The notes under the pieces are model-generated. The model did not search any database. It saw only the letters and a list, made by a program, of their open reading frames with translations, and was not told the DNA's origin. From Desulfobacterales bacterium (GTDB taxonomy: Bacteria > Desulfobacterota > Desulfobacteria > Desulfobacterales > UBA5616), in assembly GCA_046483495.1 (NCBI GenBank), contig JAWODC010000042.1, positions 1 through 30,938 of the forward strand: a DNA stretch of 30,938 nucleotides. The letters run 5' to 3'. Positions 1-8,497 of this stretch are shown one piece after another; within the stretch, counting starts at the first letter, position 1, and each line of letters begins with the position of its first letter. A program made the translations under genes and the position numbers.

Positions 1-1
1 G

Positions 2-757
2 GACGCCAATGTCCGCCTCTATTTGAGGGACCACAAGGGCGAAACACTGAAGAACGTGATCGCCGGCATCAAAGAGTGGATCGCCACCTCGCCGGAAGCT
101 CAGATTCTCGGTCCGGAGATGGATGACCCGTCGCAGACGATCCAGGTGGTCGATTTCAGGCCGGCAGGCGGATTGGGCGGCATTCTGGCCGCGGCTATCG
201 AGCTGATCGAAAAGGCCAACCACTTTCTGGTTGGCGGCATTCTGGCGTTCACCTTCCTGTGCTGTGCGGTGGTGTACCGGTCATTGTTCGCCGGTTTTAT
301 TTTCGTTCTCTCCCTGGTTCTGGCCAACTTCATGTCCTTTATTTACATGTCCTACAAGGAAATCGGCCTGAACATCAACACCGTTCCGGTTGTTTCCCTC
401 GGTGTCGGACTGGGTGTGGACTACGGGTTGTACATCGTCAGCCAGATCAAGGAACTCATTGTCGCCGGGGCAACCTGGGAAAAGGGGATCATCGACGGTG
501 TTCAGTCCACCGGTCGCGCGGTGTTTTACCAGGCCGTCATGATGAGCGCCAGTGTCTTCTTCTGGTGGTTTTCCCCGCTGCGCTTCCAGGCGGAGATGGG
601 CTTTTTGCTGGCGATTCTCATGATGGTGAACATGTTTGTGGGCGTTCTTCTGCTGCCCGCCCTGATTCATATGTTCAAGCCGAAGTTCATCAGAAGGGAT
701 ATCAAACCGGAGGCTGCTGAAGCGCTTCAGAAAGAACTGGGGCTTCAAGCCGGATAA
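2..757 (+). CDS. MMPL/RND family membrane transporter, C-terminal part (runs off the 5' edge)
   Basis: Frame open from position 2; several hydrophobic TM segments with the MMPL/RND motifs GVGLGVDYGLY, STGRAV and SPLRFQAEMG. Confidence 0.85.
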   Translation, partial: DANVRLYLRDHKGETLKNVIAGIKEWIATSPEAQILGPEMDDPSQTIQVVDFRPAGGLGGILAAAIELIEKANHFLVGGILAFTFLCCAVVYRSLFAGFIFVLSLVLANFMSFIYMSYKEIGLNINTVPVVSLGVGLGVDYGLYIVSQIKELIVAGATWEKGIIDGVQSTGRAVFYQAVMMSASVFFWWFSPLRFQAEMGFLLAILMMVNMFVGVLLLPALIHMFKPKFIRRDIKPEAAEALQKELGLQAG

Positions 758-817
758 AAAAGCACCGGCACCAACGGTCTTGAAGAACTGCCTTCGGCAC
801 TTCAGATGATCGAACCG

Positions 818-857
818 GAAGGGCGGCTGATGAACATCGGCCGCCCTTTCATTTTTT
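818..857 (+). terminator. Rho-independent terminator after the transporter
   Basis: gaagggcggctgatg-aa-catcggccgccctttc stem followed by atttttt. Confidence 0.7.
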
Positions 858-924
858 AACAAGAGAAAAAGCTAGGGCAAAAACCGAAATACGGATTTGT
901 CGCGGCCAAAGCACCTAAAGAAAT

Positions 925-957
925 AAATTCGAAATTCGAAGCACGAAATTCGAAACA
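925..957. repeat. Short heptamer tandem repeat (aaattcg)n
   Basis: aaattcg aaattcg aagcacg aaattcg aaacaa. Confidence 0.6.
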
Positions 958-987
958 ATAAAAACCGATAAGATGGAGGATAAGCGC

Positions 988-2112
988 ATGTATGATCGAT
1001 TATTCTCACCATTGGAGGTCGGGGGGAAAACGCTGAAGAACCGGCTGGTGATGGCGCCCCTGTTCCTGGGTTATGCGGACGCGGGAGGCAAGGTCGGCAG
1101 CCTGTTGCTCGATCACTACCGCCTGATGGCGAAAAGCGGCGTGGCCATGGTGGTGGTGGAGGCCGCCACCATCGACTACCCGCTGGGCTGCGGGTCCGAT
1201 CAGGTCATTCGCGCGGATACCGATGACAACATGGAGGGCCTCAAGGCCTTGGCCGCGGCCATTCGGGAAGAGGGTGCCCTGGCCTGCCTGCAGCTGAACC
1301 ACGTCGGGCGGTTTTTGCCGCCTAATCTCGTTCCGGATCAACCGGTTGCTCCCTCCCCGGTTCCTGCGATGGGCCGGGAGCCAAGGGCGTTATCGGTGTC
1401 CGAGATAAAGAAAATCGTCGAACAATTCCGTGATGCAGCGGTTCGGGCTGTCGCGGCGGGCTTCGATATGGTGGAACTGCACGGCGGCACCGGCTACCTT
1501 CTTTCGCAGTTCATCTCACCCCGGACCAACCTCCGGACCGATCGATACGGCGGCTCCCCCGAAAAACGGATGGCGTTCGGACTCGAAGTGCTCGATGCGG
1601 TGCGAGGTGCCGTCGAGGACATTCCCGTCGGGTACCGGTTTTTGGCCGATGAATGGATGCCCGACGGCCTGAACCCGGATCTATCTATTCCTTATGCCGG
1701 GGCGCTGGCCGCAGGCGGGGCTGCCTACCTGTCCGTTATGGGCGGGACATACGAGTCCTTTTTTCTCCCTGAAGTCGTAGAGCAATCCAAAAACCGGGGG
1801 TACATGGCCGACTTGGCAGGGGAGGTCAAAAAAGCCGTGAACATACCCGTGATCGCGGCCGGCCGAATTGCAGACGGCCAAACAGCCGACCACATAATTG
1901 AAACCGGCGGGGCCGATCTGATCGGATTGGCGCGGGTGCTGTGGGCTGATCCGGAATGGCCGCAAAAAGTCGAATCCGGCCGGGAGGACGAGATCATTCA
2001 CTGCGATCCGAAATGCGGCGACACCTGCATGCAGATGATCATGATGGGAAGGCCCGCCTTTTGCGTCCGGTGGCCCGTCGAGAAGCAGAAAGAATGGAAG
2101 GCGAAGGCCTGA
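988..2112 (+). CDS. NADH:flavin oxidoreductase (Old Yellow Enzyme family) with C-terminal 4-Cys cluster
   Basis: LKNRLVMAP, GFDMVELHGGTGYLLSQFISP..N.RTD.YGGS, GRI and ADLIGLAR motifs; GGAGG at 975-979 favours ATG 988 over 973. Confidence 0.9.
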   Translation: MYDRLFSPLEVGGKTLKNRLVMAPLFLGYADAGGKVGSLLLDHYRLMAKSGVAMVVVEAATIDYPLGCGSDQVIRADTDDNMEGLKALAAAIREEGALACLQLNHVGRFLPPNLVPDQPVAPSPVPAMGREPRALSVSEIKKIVEQFRDAAVRAVAAGFDMVELHGGTGYLLSQFISPRTNLRTDRYGGSPEKRMAFGLEVLDAVRGAVEDIPVGYRFLADEWMPDGLNPDLSIPYAGALAAGGAAYLSVMGGTYESFFLPEVVEQSKNRGYMADLAGEVKKAVNIPVIAAGRIADGQTADHIIETGGADLIGLARVLWADPEWPQKVESGREDEIIHCDPKCGDTCMQMIMMGRPAFCVRWPVEKQKEWKAKA

Positions 2113-2203
2113 AACGACCATGTGCCGGAATCGGCGGCACCGGTGTGGTCTCAAGCCCCGGTTCGGAAAAAGGGCGGGCACAAACAAACCCGCCCAAAAT
2201 ATA

Positions 2204-2536
2204 TCAGATGCCCAGGATGGATTTGATTTCGTTAAACAGCGCATCCGGGATATCTTTTTCCGGTAAGGGCTGATGCTGAAGGCGTGCTCCCTGCACGGAC
2301 AAAAACGGGGGATGCGCCGGCATCCGCAGGAGTTCCTCCTCCCGGCAGGCATGAGGGCATCCGTTTACCAGCAGGATGATATCGGAAGGCCCCTCTTTCG
2401 ATGTCACATGGATGTCGATGGATGCCGCTTTCAAGCGTTTTGTAAGTGCGTCGACGATACCGGGGCGGTCAATTTCCGGATTGCAGCCGCCGCAGTACAT
2501 CAACCGCAGCTTGAACCTGGGTTTTTCCGCTCTCAT
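2204..2536 (-). CDS. Small Cys-rich hypothetical protein (YCGGCNP...NGCPHAC), probably co-transcribed with abfD
   Basis: Starts 5 nt after the abfD stop on the same strand; two Cys pairs. Confidence 0.7.
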   Translation of the reverse strand: MRAEKPRFKLRLMYCGGCNPEIDRPGIVDALTKRLKAASIDIHVTSKEGPSDIILLVNGCPHACREEELLRMPAHPPFLSVQGARLQHQPLPEKDIPDALFNEIKSILGI

Positions 2537-2541
2537 AAGGA

Positions 2542-4056
2542 TCAGGAATCGGTGGCTTTGCTTTTCTCCCAGTATGCGTCTTCCGGCATTCCCACGATTT
2601 TTTCGAAATTCTCATCTTTCTTGATGCCGGCGATTTTTTCTGCAAGTGCCCGCTTCTTATCGATGCCGCTGCGCCGTGCGATCATAATCTTCTGAGCCGC
2701 CGGTGACCCGGCGCCGTGCATGGCTTCCGGAAGCCCCGCACCTACGGACATATTCTCCACAAGCCTTAGCATCTTGAAAATATCGTCGACATCGACCCCT
2801 TCTTTTCCGGTGAAGCATTCCAGGATGACATCGCGAATTTCGGGGTTCAAAAGATCTTTTTCAGACGGAAGCGTGATGATCTTGCCGCCGGCGATGTCCT
2901 GGGCTATGCGCATCCACTCATACACCATTCGCGTGATATTGAGCTTGGTGACATTGGCCAGTATCGGGTTGATGTTGTAGGCGCCTGAAGGTGTTTTGCT
3001 GCCTTCGTAAGAACAGGCAAGGGAACATGACCAGCAGGTTTCCGCCATTCCGATCATTTCCGTAAGCTTGTCTATGATATGCGAAACCTTTGCCACGCCG
3101 TGGGCATCGGCAACCCAGTGGGATGCGCCGATCACCACGTCCGCCAGTCCGACCTTGCAGCCGCCGTAATTGGAACGGTGAAATCCGGCAAAGGTTTCCA
3201 CCAATGGTCCGGCGAATTCATCCTCTCCGGCCATGAACACCCGTTCCCAGGGCACAAACACGTTATCGAAAATGATAATCGCTTCCCCGCCGACGATGGC
3301 GTATTTGGGATTGCCCGAATCCAGGGGGCTTTCCAGGCGGCGGGTGTCGTTGGTCTGCCGGGAAAAGATGTATTTGACGCCTTTCGTGTTTACCGGTACG
3401 GCGAACGATACGGCATAATCCGAATCCTCTTTTCCCATGGCGCGGGTGGGCATCACGATGATTTCATGGGAATTGACGACACCGGTGATGTGCGCCTTGG
3501 AGCCGGTGACAATGATGCCGTCGTCGTTTCTGTCGACAATGCGCAGATACACGTTCGGGTTTTTCTGCTGGGAGGGCCGCAGGCTTCTGTCCCCGCGCGG
3601 GTCTGTCATCGCGCCGGCGGACATCAGGTCGTGTTTTTGAACATGCCGCAGAAAGGCCTTGAAGTTTTCGTGATAGGATGTCCCGTTTTTCCGGTCCATA
3701 TCGTAGGTGGTGATATACAGGGCATTCAATGCGTCAAGCCCGACACACCGCTGAAAACAGGTGCCGGTTTTCTGGCCGAGCAGCCGCATCATCCGGACTT
3801 TTTTGACCATGTCGTCGATGCTGTGATGCACATGTGTAAACCGGTTGACTTTTTCACCGGTCAGGTTCGACGTCGCCGTCATGATGTCTTCATATTGGGG
3901 GTCATGCGCCAGTTCGTAGGTCATGGCGGCTGTGTGGATGTGTGGGGAAAACATGGGTTGATCCACGACATGCGTAATTTTTTCTCCCATGAAATGAACT
4001 TCCAGTTCGAGCTCTCTCAAGGAATCGATGTATTCTTTTCCGGTCATCAATGTCAT
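2542..4056 (-). CDS. abfD: 4-hydroxybutyryl-CoA dehydratase / vinylacetyl-CoA delta-isomerase (HpaB-like fold, FAD and [4Fe-4S])
   Basis: TGTCFQRCVGLDA, MTDPRGDRS, H..NYGGCKVG and AMHGAGSPAAQKIMI; the 3 Cys + His cluster ligands are present; RBS aaggag. Confidence 0.88.
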   Translation of the reverse strand: MTLMTGKEYIDSLRELELEVHFMGEKITHVVDQPMFSPHIHTAAMTYELAHDPQYEDIMTATSNLTGEKVNRFTHVHHSIDDMVKKVRMMRLLGQKTGTCFQRCVGLDALNALYITTYDMDRKNGTSYHENFKAFLRHVQKHDLMSAGAMTDPRGDRSLRPSQQKNPNVYLRIVDRNDDGIIVTGSKAHITGVVNSHEIIVMPTRAMGKEDSDYAVSFAVPVNTKGVKYIFSRQTNDTRRLESPLDSGNPKYAIVGGEAIIIFDNVFVPWERVFMAGEDEFAGPLVETFAGFHRSNYGGCKVGLADVVIGASHWVADAHGVAKVSHIIDKLTEMIGMAETCWSCSLACSYEGSKTPSGAYNINPILANVTKLNITRMVYEWMRIAQDIAGGKIITLPSEKDLLNPEIRDVILECFTGKEGVDVDDIFKMLRLVENMSVGAGLPEAMHGAGSPAAQKIMIARRSGIDKKRALAEKIAGIKKDENFEKIVGMPEDAYWEKSKATDS

Positions 4057-4180
4057 TTTTTCAAAGTCTCCTTACGTTTGGCATAAGAGTATGATTTGAT
4101 TGCACAATGGTGTATGCGCGGTAATGGTTGTTTTCCATTTCCATATCATCATCGGGGTGTTTTTGCCAAACAATAAATTT

Positions 4181-4222
4181 CGTTGGGATGGTTTGGATCG
4201 TTTGGATCGTTCGGGTCGTTGG
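4181..4222. repeat. Degenerate 9-mer tandem repeat (gatcgttgg-like)
   Basis: cgttgggatggtttggatcgtttggatcgttcgggtcgttgg; reverse complement of the (gatcccaac)n run at 17331-17366. Confidence 0.6.
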
Positions 4223-4271
4223 CCTTGGGTGAAAGCTCGTTCACCATCCGCCTGCTGTTCACTTTTCACTA

Positions 4272-4811
4272 ATCCCCCCCATCCCGGCCTTCCCCCTCCA
4301 GGGGTGAAGGGGACATGTTGCGCCGCAAGTCAGCTGATCGATATGCTTGTATCTTAAACAAGTTAGTAAAAATTGCCGTTCGCTTCGCTCACAGTTTGTT
4401 TTTTGGATAAATATGCTAAAGTGGTGAAAGGGATTTTTCCATTCAATTTGTTTTTCATCAGCACATCTTGAAATGTGTTTTTTTAAACAACAATCAGTAT
4501 ACATCCGAAGGTGAGAAGATTCGATTCCGTTCAAGGCGGCCGGTAAATTTTAATCACAGGAATACATGGAGTATTTTGAGGATTAAAATTTTTCGGCCAA
4601 CGCCGAAATGGAGCGAATCAGCCATTTCTGGATAGGCACCAATGAATCACCTGCAGTGTATTTATCCTTTAAACGAACCATCCTCTTATTTACAAGCGGC
4701 GCGAAGCAGCCGCTTGAACGGACTAATAAGAAAACGGGCATTGGAAAAACTGTCATCAGTCAAAACATGTCCCCTTCACCCCTGGAGGGGGAAGGCCGGG
4801 ATGGGGGGGAT
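4272..4811. mobile_element. Family A REPIN/MITE-like element, copy A1 (no ORF; contains nested family B element)
   Basis: Perfect 48-bp terminal inverted repeat (4272-4319 / 4764-4811); internal hairpins at 4376-4394 and 4693-4716; homologous to 7852-8130, 8498-8977 and 16757-17155. Confidence 0.8.
4496..4639 (+). repeat. Family B ~145-bp long-hairpin element, copy B1 (inserted in A1)
   Basis: Nested stems gattcg/cgaatc, ggccggtaaattttaatc/gattaaaatttttcggcc and aatac/gtatt; absent from the otherwise collinear copy A5. Confidence 0.75.
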
Positions 4812-4950
4812 AAAGACCCAATCCATTCCGGCTTTGAGACGTAAACGTTGAGCTTTCATCTTGAACTTTAATACTCAACGCTCAACAGCCCATTAACGCA
4901 GCCTTTTTTCCCCGCTGTTCACCGATTCACGACAAAACCCTTCTATCCTC

Positions 4951-4976
4951 TTGACAAATCCGATTGGAAATCGGAT
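4951..4976 (+). promoter_or_regulatory. Putative -35 (TTGACA) followed by a palindromic operator ATCCGATT-gga-AATCGGAT
   Basis: TTGACA 4951-4956; perfect 8-3-8 palindrome 4958-4976, ~55 bp upstream of the 5030 CDS; -10 not convincing. Confidence 0.5.
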
Positions 4977-5029
4977 GAATAGAAAACACATCCAAAACAC
5001 CTTCCAGCCATCTAAAAAGGAGGATTGCC

Positions 5030-6199
5030 ATGCCAGAGCTCGAAGCCGATCAAGCTTATCGTAAACTGTGCGACATCATCATGATGCCGAAAAACAAGCT
5101 TTCCATAGAAATCTTGAAAATCCTGTACCCGGAAAAAGACGCAAAAATGCTCGCTGCCGGCCCATTCAACATCGTGCAGGCAGACCGGTATACCATCGAA
5201 GAATTTGCCGAAAAGACCGGTTATCCGGTCGACGAAGTGAAGGAGACCTTCGAACGCCTGGCAAAACGCGGCGTCCTGTTTTGGGTGAGAGACCGCAGGG
5301 ACAACAACAAGAAGAAGTATACCATCCCCCCGCTGTTTCCGGGCATCGTGGAGTATTTCATTGTTTCCCCGCACAACAGCATCGACGAGAGGCGGGCGTT
5401 TGTAAAGAAAATGCATCAAAGGGAAGGCGGGGGAATAACCACCGGTACAATGGATTCGGATTTCAGCATTTTCCGGATCATCCCCTCCATGAAGCCGGAT
5501 CCCGAGTCCCGCGTTGTTGAAATCGGCGAACATCTCGAGTCGGACAAATCGCAGGTGTTCGCCTACCAGGATGTGGTGGAAATCATCAACGAAGCGGGAC
5601 GGTTCGAAAACAATATCGCCGTCATGCCCTGCACCTGCAGACTGATGGCCATGATGACCAAGGAATCACCGGAGTGCAACGCTACCGTGGAAAACTGCAT
5701 GGCCTTCGGCGCCGCAGCGCATTACGTCGTTGAAGAAGGCATCGGACGCAATGTGGATGTCGACGAAAGCCTTGACATCCTGAAGCAGGCGGAAAAGGAC
5801 GGGCTGATTCACCTTTCCACCAATACCGTCAATAAGCATGGATTCATCTGCAACTGCTGTTCATGCTGCTGCGGCATCATCGGTTCATCGGTCAAGATGA
5901 ATCGCCTCGATATTTTCGAAAAATCGGATTATGTACCGGTCATCGACGCGGATGAATGCACCAAGTGCAAAAAATGCATCACGATCTGCAGCTTCCATGC
6001 ACTGCTGTATAAAATGGGCGAAAAAGATGACAAATCCGAGGACCGCATCATCGTCCGTGAAGACGCCTGCATCGGATGCGGGGTCTGCGCCTCGAACTGC
6101 CCGTCGGGTGCCATACGATTAAAGAAGGTCAGGGAAAGTGAACCCGCCGGATCGTTTCAGGAAGGTATTCAACGGATGTTTGCCGGAACGAAAAGCTGA
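5030..6199 (+). CDS. 4Fe-4S binding protein (N-terminal HTH-like region, Cys-rich centre, C-terminal 2x[4Fe-4S] ferredoxin domain)
   Basis: CTKCKKCITIC and CIGCGVCASNCP; CTCR and ICNCCSCCC; RBS aggagg. Confidence 0.85.
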   Translation: MPELEADQAYRKLCDIIMMPKNKLSIEILKILYPEKDAKMLAAGPFNIVQADRYTIEEFAEKTGYPVDEVKETFERLAKRGVLFWVRDRRDNNKKKYTIPPLFPGIVEYFIVSPHNSIDERRAFVKKMHQREGGGITTGTMDSDFSIFRIIPSMKPDPESRVVEIGEHLESDKSQVFAYQDVVEIINEAGRFENNIAVMPCTCRLMAMMTKESPECNATVENCMAFGAAAHYVVEEGIGRNVDVDESLDILKQAEKDGLIHLSTNTVNKHGFICNCCSCCCGIIGSSVKMNRLDIFEKSDYVPVIDADECTKCKKCITICSFHALLYKMGEKDDKSEDRIIVREDACIGCGVCASNCPSGAIRLKKVRESEPAGSFQEGIQRMFAGTKS

Positions 6200-6445
6200 A
6201 TCCGTACCTATTATTGAGGCCCGGTTCTTTTTATCCACCTGTGTGCGAGCGTTTAGCTATTCCTCGCAAGGCTTGACTTTTGCACCACATTTCGATATTT
6301 TTCCATCAAATGTTGGATAATCGCCAGAGTCAATGGCGGAATGATGGCAACCGGGTCTGCATATCGGCTTTTGCAGCCGGTTGCCTTTGAAATAATAAAA
6401 AAACCAGTGGGGCGGCCTTTTGGGCCAAGGGGATGCCGTTTGGAT

Positions 6446-6590
6446 AAGGCTCATCCGGAAACGCCTGATTTACGTCATTTCTTCGTTGGCCGGAAAATAT
6501 TCATCGTCAAAAAACTTCGTATACTCTGCGGTAAAAATCTTCCGGCCGCTTTTGCCTGAAGCGAATTATCTCATTTCCGGATGGACATCA
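6446..6590 (-). repeat. Family B long-hairpin element, copy B4 (minus orientation)
   Basis: Terminal IR catccggaaa (6452-6461) / tttccggatg (6574-6583); its reverse complement aligns end to end with B1 (gcggccgg...tccggccaacg..gaaatg). Confidence 0.75.
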
Positions 6591-6617
6591 GGTATGGTCG
6601 AAGACAGGGAGACCACG

Positions 6618-7262
6618 ATGTACAATGCATTGGAAAAAGCCAGGAAAGACCCCGATTCCATGAAGGCGAGAGTGCTGACGGCGGCTCGGAAGCTTTTCGG
6701 TGAATACGGATATCACGGCACCACGACCCGTATGATTGCCAAGGAAGTGGGAATCGATATTTCCACGCTGTATTACCACTGGGGAGAGAAAAAAGACCTG
6801 TTCGAATCGGTCGTGGTCGACGTTATCGACGACTACCGCGGTATGATTCAAGAGTTGGAGGGCAAGGCAAAGGGAAAACCCTTATACGAGCGGTATGAAG
6901 TGGCTATCGATCACATTTGCGATTTTCTCATGTCCCATCCCGAGGTTCCCAACCTGATGCTGTTCCAGATGTTCAGCAAAACAAAGCAGGAATTCGAACA
7001 CGATATCAGGTCTCCCGTGACGCTGAACGAAGTGGCGTTTGCCATGGGGTTTCCAATGGAGGACCGGGATTCCTCCATTAAGATTAAGGCCGGCATTCTG
7101 GCCGTCTGGTTTTCCATTTTCAGCTTTATCGCCGGAGAAAAACATATCCGGCCTATTTTTGACATGGGCCATGATCCATATGCGGATTTGGTAAAAGACA
7201 CCATGAAACGGATCCTGATACCCACCTTCGGAAGAAAATCGAAGGAACCCAGGCAGGGATAG
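6618..7262 (+). CDS. TetR/AcrR family transcriptional regulator
   Basis: HTH ARKLFGEYGYHGTTTRMIAKEVGIDISTLYYHWGEKKDL; start placed at ATG 6618 (gggag upstream) because the longer ORF runs through repeat B4. Confidence 0.9.
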   Translation: MYNALEKARKDPDSMKARVLTAARKLFGEYGYHGTTTRMIAKEVGIDISTLYYHWGEKKDLFESVVVDVIDDYRGMIQELEGKAKGKPLYERYEVAIDHICDFLMSHPEVPNLMLFQMFSKTKQEFEHDIRSPVTLNEVAFAMGFPMEDRDSSIKIKAGILAVWFSIFSFIAGEKHIRPIFDMGHDPYADLVKDTMKRILIPTFGRKSKEPRQG

Positions 7263-7347
7263 AACATCGTTACGGGTACAAGCGGTAAGAAAATAAAAAA
7301 AACCGGATCCAATCCCCCGGTGGCCATCCCTGAATCAAAAATTGAGA

Positions 7348-7492
7348 GGTGGCCATTCAGGGATGGTAGGTTTCGTTTGGGAGCAAGGCATGAGCTCTTT
7401 TTGGAACCGCAGGAATAGTGAACTATTTTGAGGATTCCAAAAAAGCGAAAACGCCGCTCCCGGACGAAAGATGCCATCTCTGAATGGCCACC
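7348..7492 (+). repeat. Family B long-hairpin element, copy B2
   Basis: ggtggccattcagggatggta/tgccatctctgaatggccacc, tttcgtttgggagc/gctcccggacgaaa, tttttggaa/ttccaaaaa and aatagt/actatt. Confidence 0.8.
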
Positions 7493-7507
7493 CCAAAGGA
7501 GTGTGGC

Positions 7508-7834
7508 ATGATCAAACTCAACATTATTATGAACACCAACATGGAGGAAGTCCTGGCGTTCAAATGCTGTTCACTTCCAGATCAGAATTTGGAGGTCCAG
7601 ATCAAAAATACCGCTCCCCATCCGATTACCATACAGAATTTTTTCGTGCTGAGAAACGATGATCGAATGCTCAAAGTGGAGCATGTTTATCCGCCCCGAA
7701 ACCAGAAGATCGACCCCAACGATATGGGCGCATTCTACTGCAGCATGGATGAAAACGTGTGGCAAAATTACAACGTTTTAGAGGTAATGGACACGGAGGG
7801 TAATACGTATCGGGAATCTTACTCGTTTTCGTGA
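7508..7834 (+). CDS. Hypothetical protein (108 aa)
   Basis: RBS aaggag 7496-7501 before ATG 7508; protein-like composition; no family recognised. Confidence 0.65.
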   Translation: MIKLNIIMNTNMEEVLAFKCCSLPDQNLEVQIKNTAPHPITIQNFFVLRNDDRMLKVEHVYPPRNQKIDPNDMGAFYCSMDENVWQNYNVLEVMDTEGNTYRESYSFS

Positions 7835-7851
7835 AAAAACGGGTTAGGGGT

Positions 7852-8130
7852 GGATCGGGTCTTAATCCCCCCCATCCCGGCCTTCCCCCTCCAGGGGTGA
7901 AGGGGACATGCTGCGCCGCGAGTACACTGATCGTAGTGGTCTTAATTTTCACCAAGTGAATAAAAGTACCGTTCGCTTCGCTCACGGTTTTTTTCTGGTC
8001 ATGGTCATATTTTCAAGCGGCGCGAAGCAGCCGCTTGAACGGACTGCTAAAGAAACGGGGCATTGGAAAAACTGTCATCAGTCGCTACATGTCCCCTTCA
8101 CCCCCTGAGGGGGAAGGCCGGGATGGGGGG
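7852..8130. mobile_element. Family A element, copy A2 (short form), overlapping the 3' end of the DUF559 gene
   Basis: Terminal IRs (left ~7867-7910, right ~8088-8130); hairpins at 7969-7987 and 8014-8037. Confidence 0.8.
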
Positions 8131-8452
8131 TCAACTGCCTGTGAATTACCTCTAAAACGGCGTCCATATTCATTAATACATCGTTATTCCAAAATCGAAT
8201 CAAATTATACCCGCACGCCCGAAGATATTCGGATCGGTAATGGTCGTATTTTTCCTGACGGCGATGCTGTCCTCCATCGAGTTCAATGATCAATCGTTTT
8301 TCATGGCACACAAAATCGACAATGAATTTCCCTATAGGTGCCTGTCTTCGAAATTTATACCCTTTTATCTGCCTGCCCCGAATCCTGCCCCACAGTTTTT
8401 GCTCGGCAAATGTCAATGTTTTTCTCAATTGCCTTGCATTAGTACTCCTCAC
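8078..8452 (-). CDS. DUF559 / Vsr-like endonuclease-domain protein
   Basis: ARQLRK..TFAEQKLW, FRRQAPIGKFIVDFVC, LIIELDGGQH and GY..IRFWNNDV; GTG 8452 with GGAG upstream (alternative TTG 8464); the last residues (PHPGLPPQGVKGTCSD) are encoded by the repeat. Confidence 0.88.
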   Translation of the reverse strand: MRSTNARQLRKTLTFAEQKLWGRIRGRQIKGYKFRRQAPIGKFIVDFVCHEKRLIIELDGGQHRRQEKYDHYRSEYLRACGYNLIRFWNNDVLMNMDAVLEVIHRQLTPHPGLPPQGVKGTCSD

Positions 8453-8497
8453 CGAATTCTCCAATCGATTAAATTAAAGTTGAGGATTCATTTTATT

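Noticed and set aside
4784..4809. G-quadruplex in the family A IR
   Set aside because: G-runs are uneven and the competing hairpin explains the sequence; cannot be supported without experiment
4608..4851. Small ORFs containing PSPLEGEGRDGG or QAARSSRLNGL (also at 8035, 8619, 8834, 16578, 17112)
   Set aside because: These are translations of family A repeats with no consistent start, frame or RBS across copies
6420..6617. N-terminal extension of TetR
   Set aside because: Runs through repeat B4; the HTH begins shortly after ATG 6618
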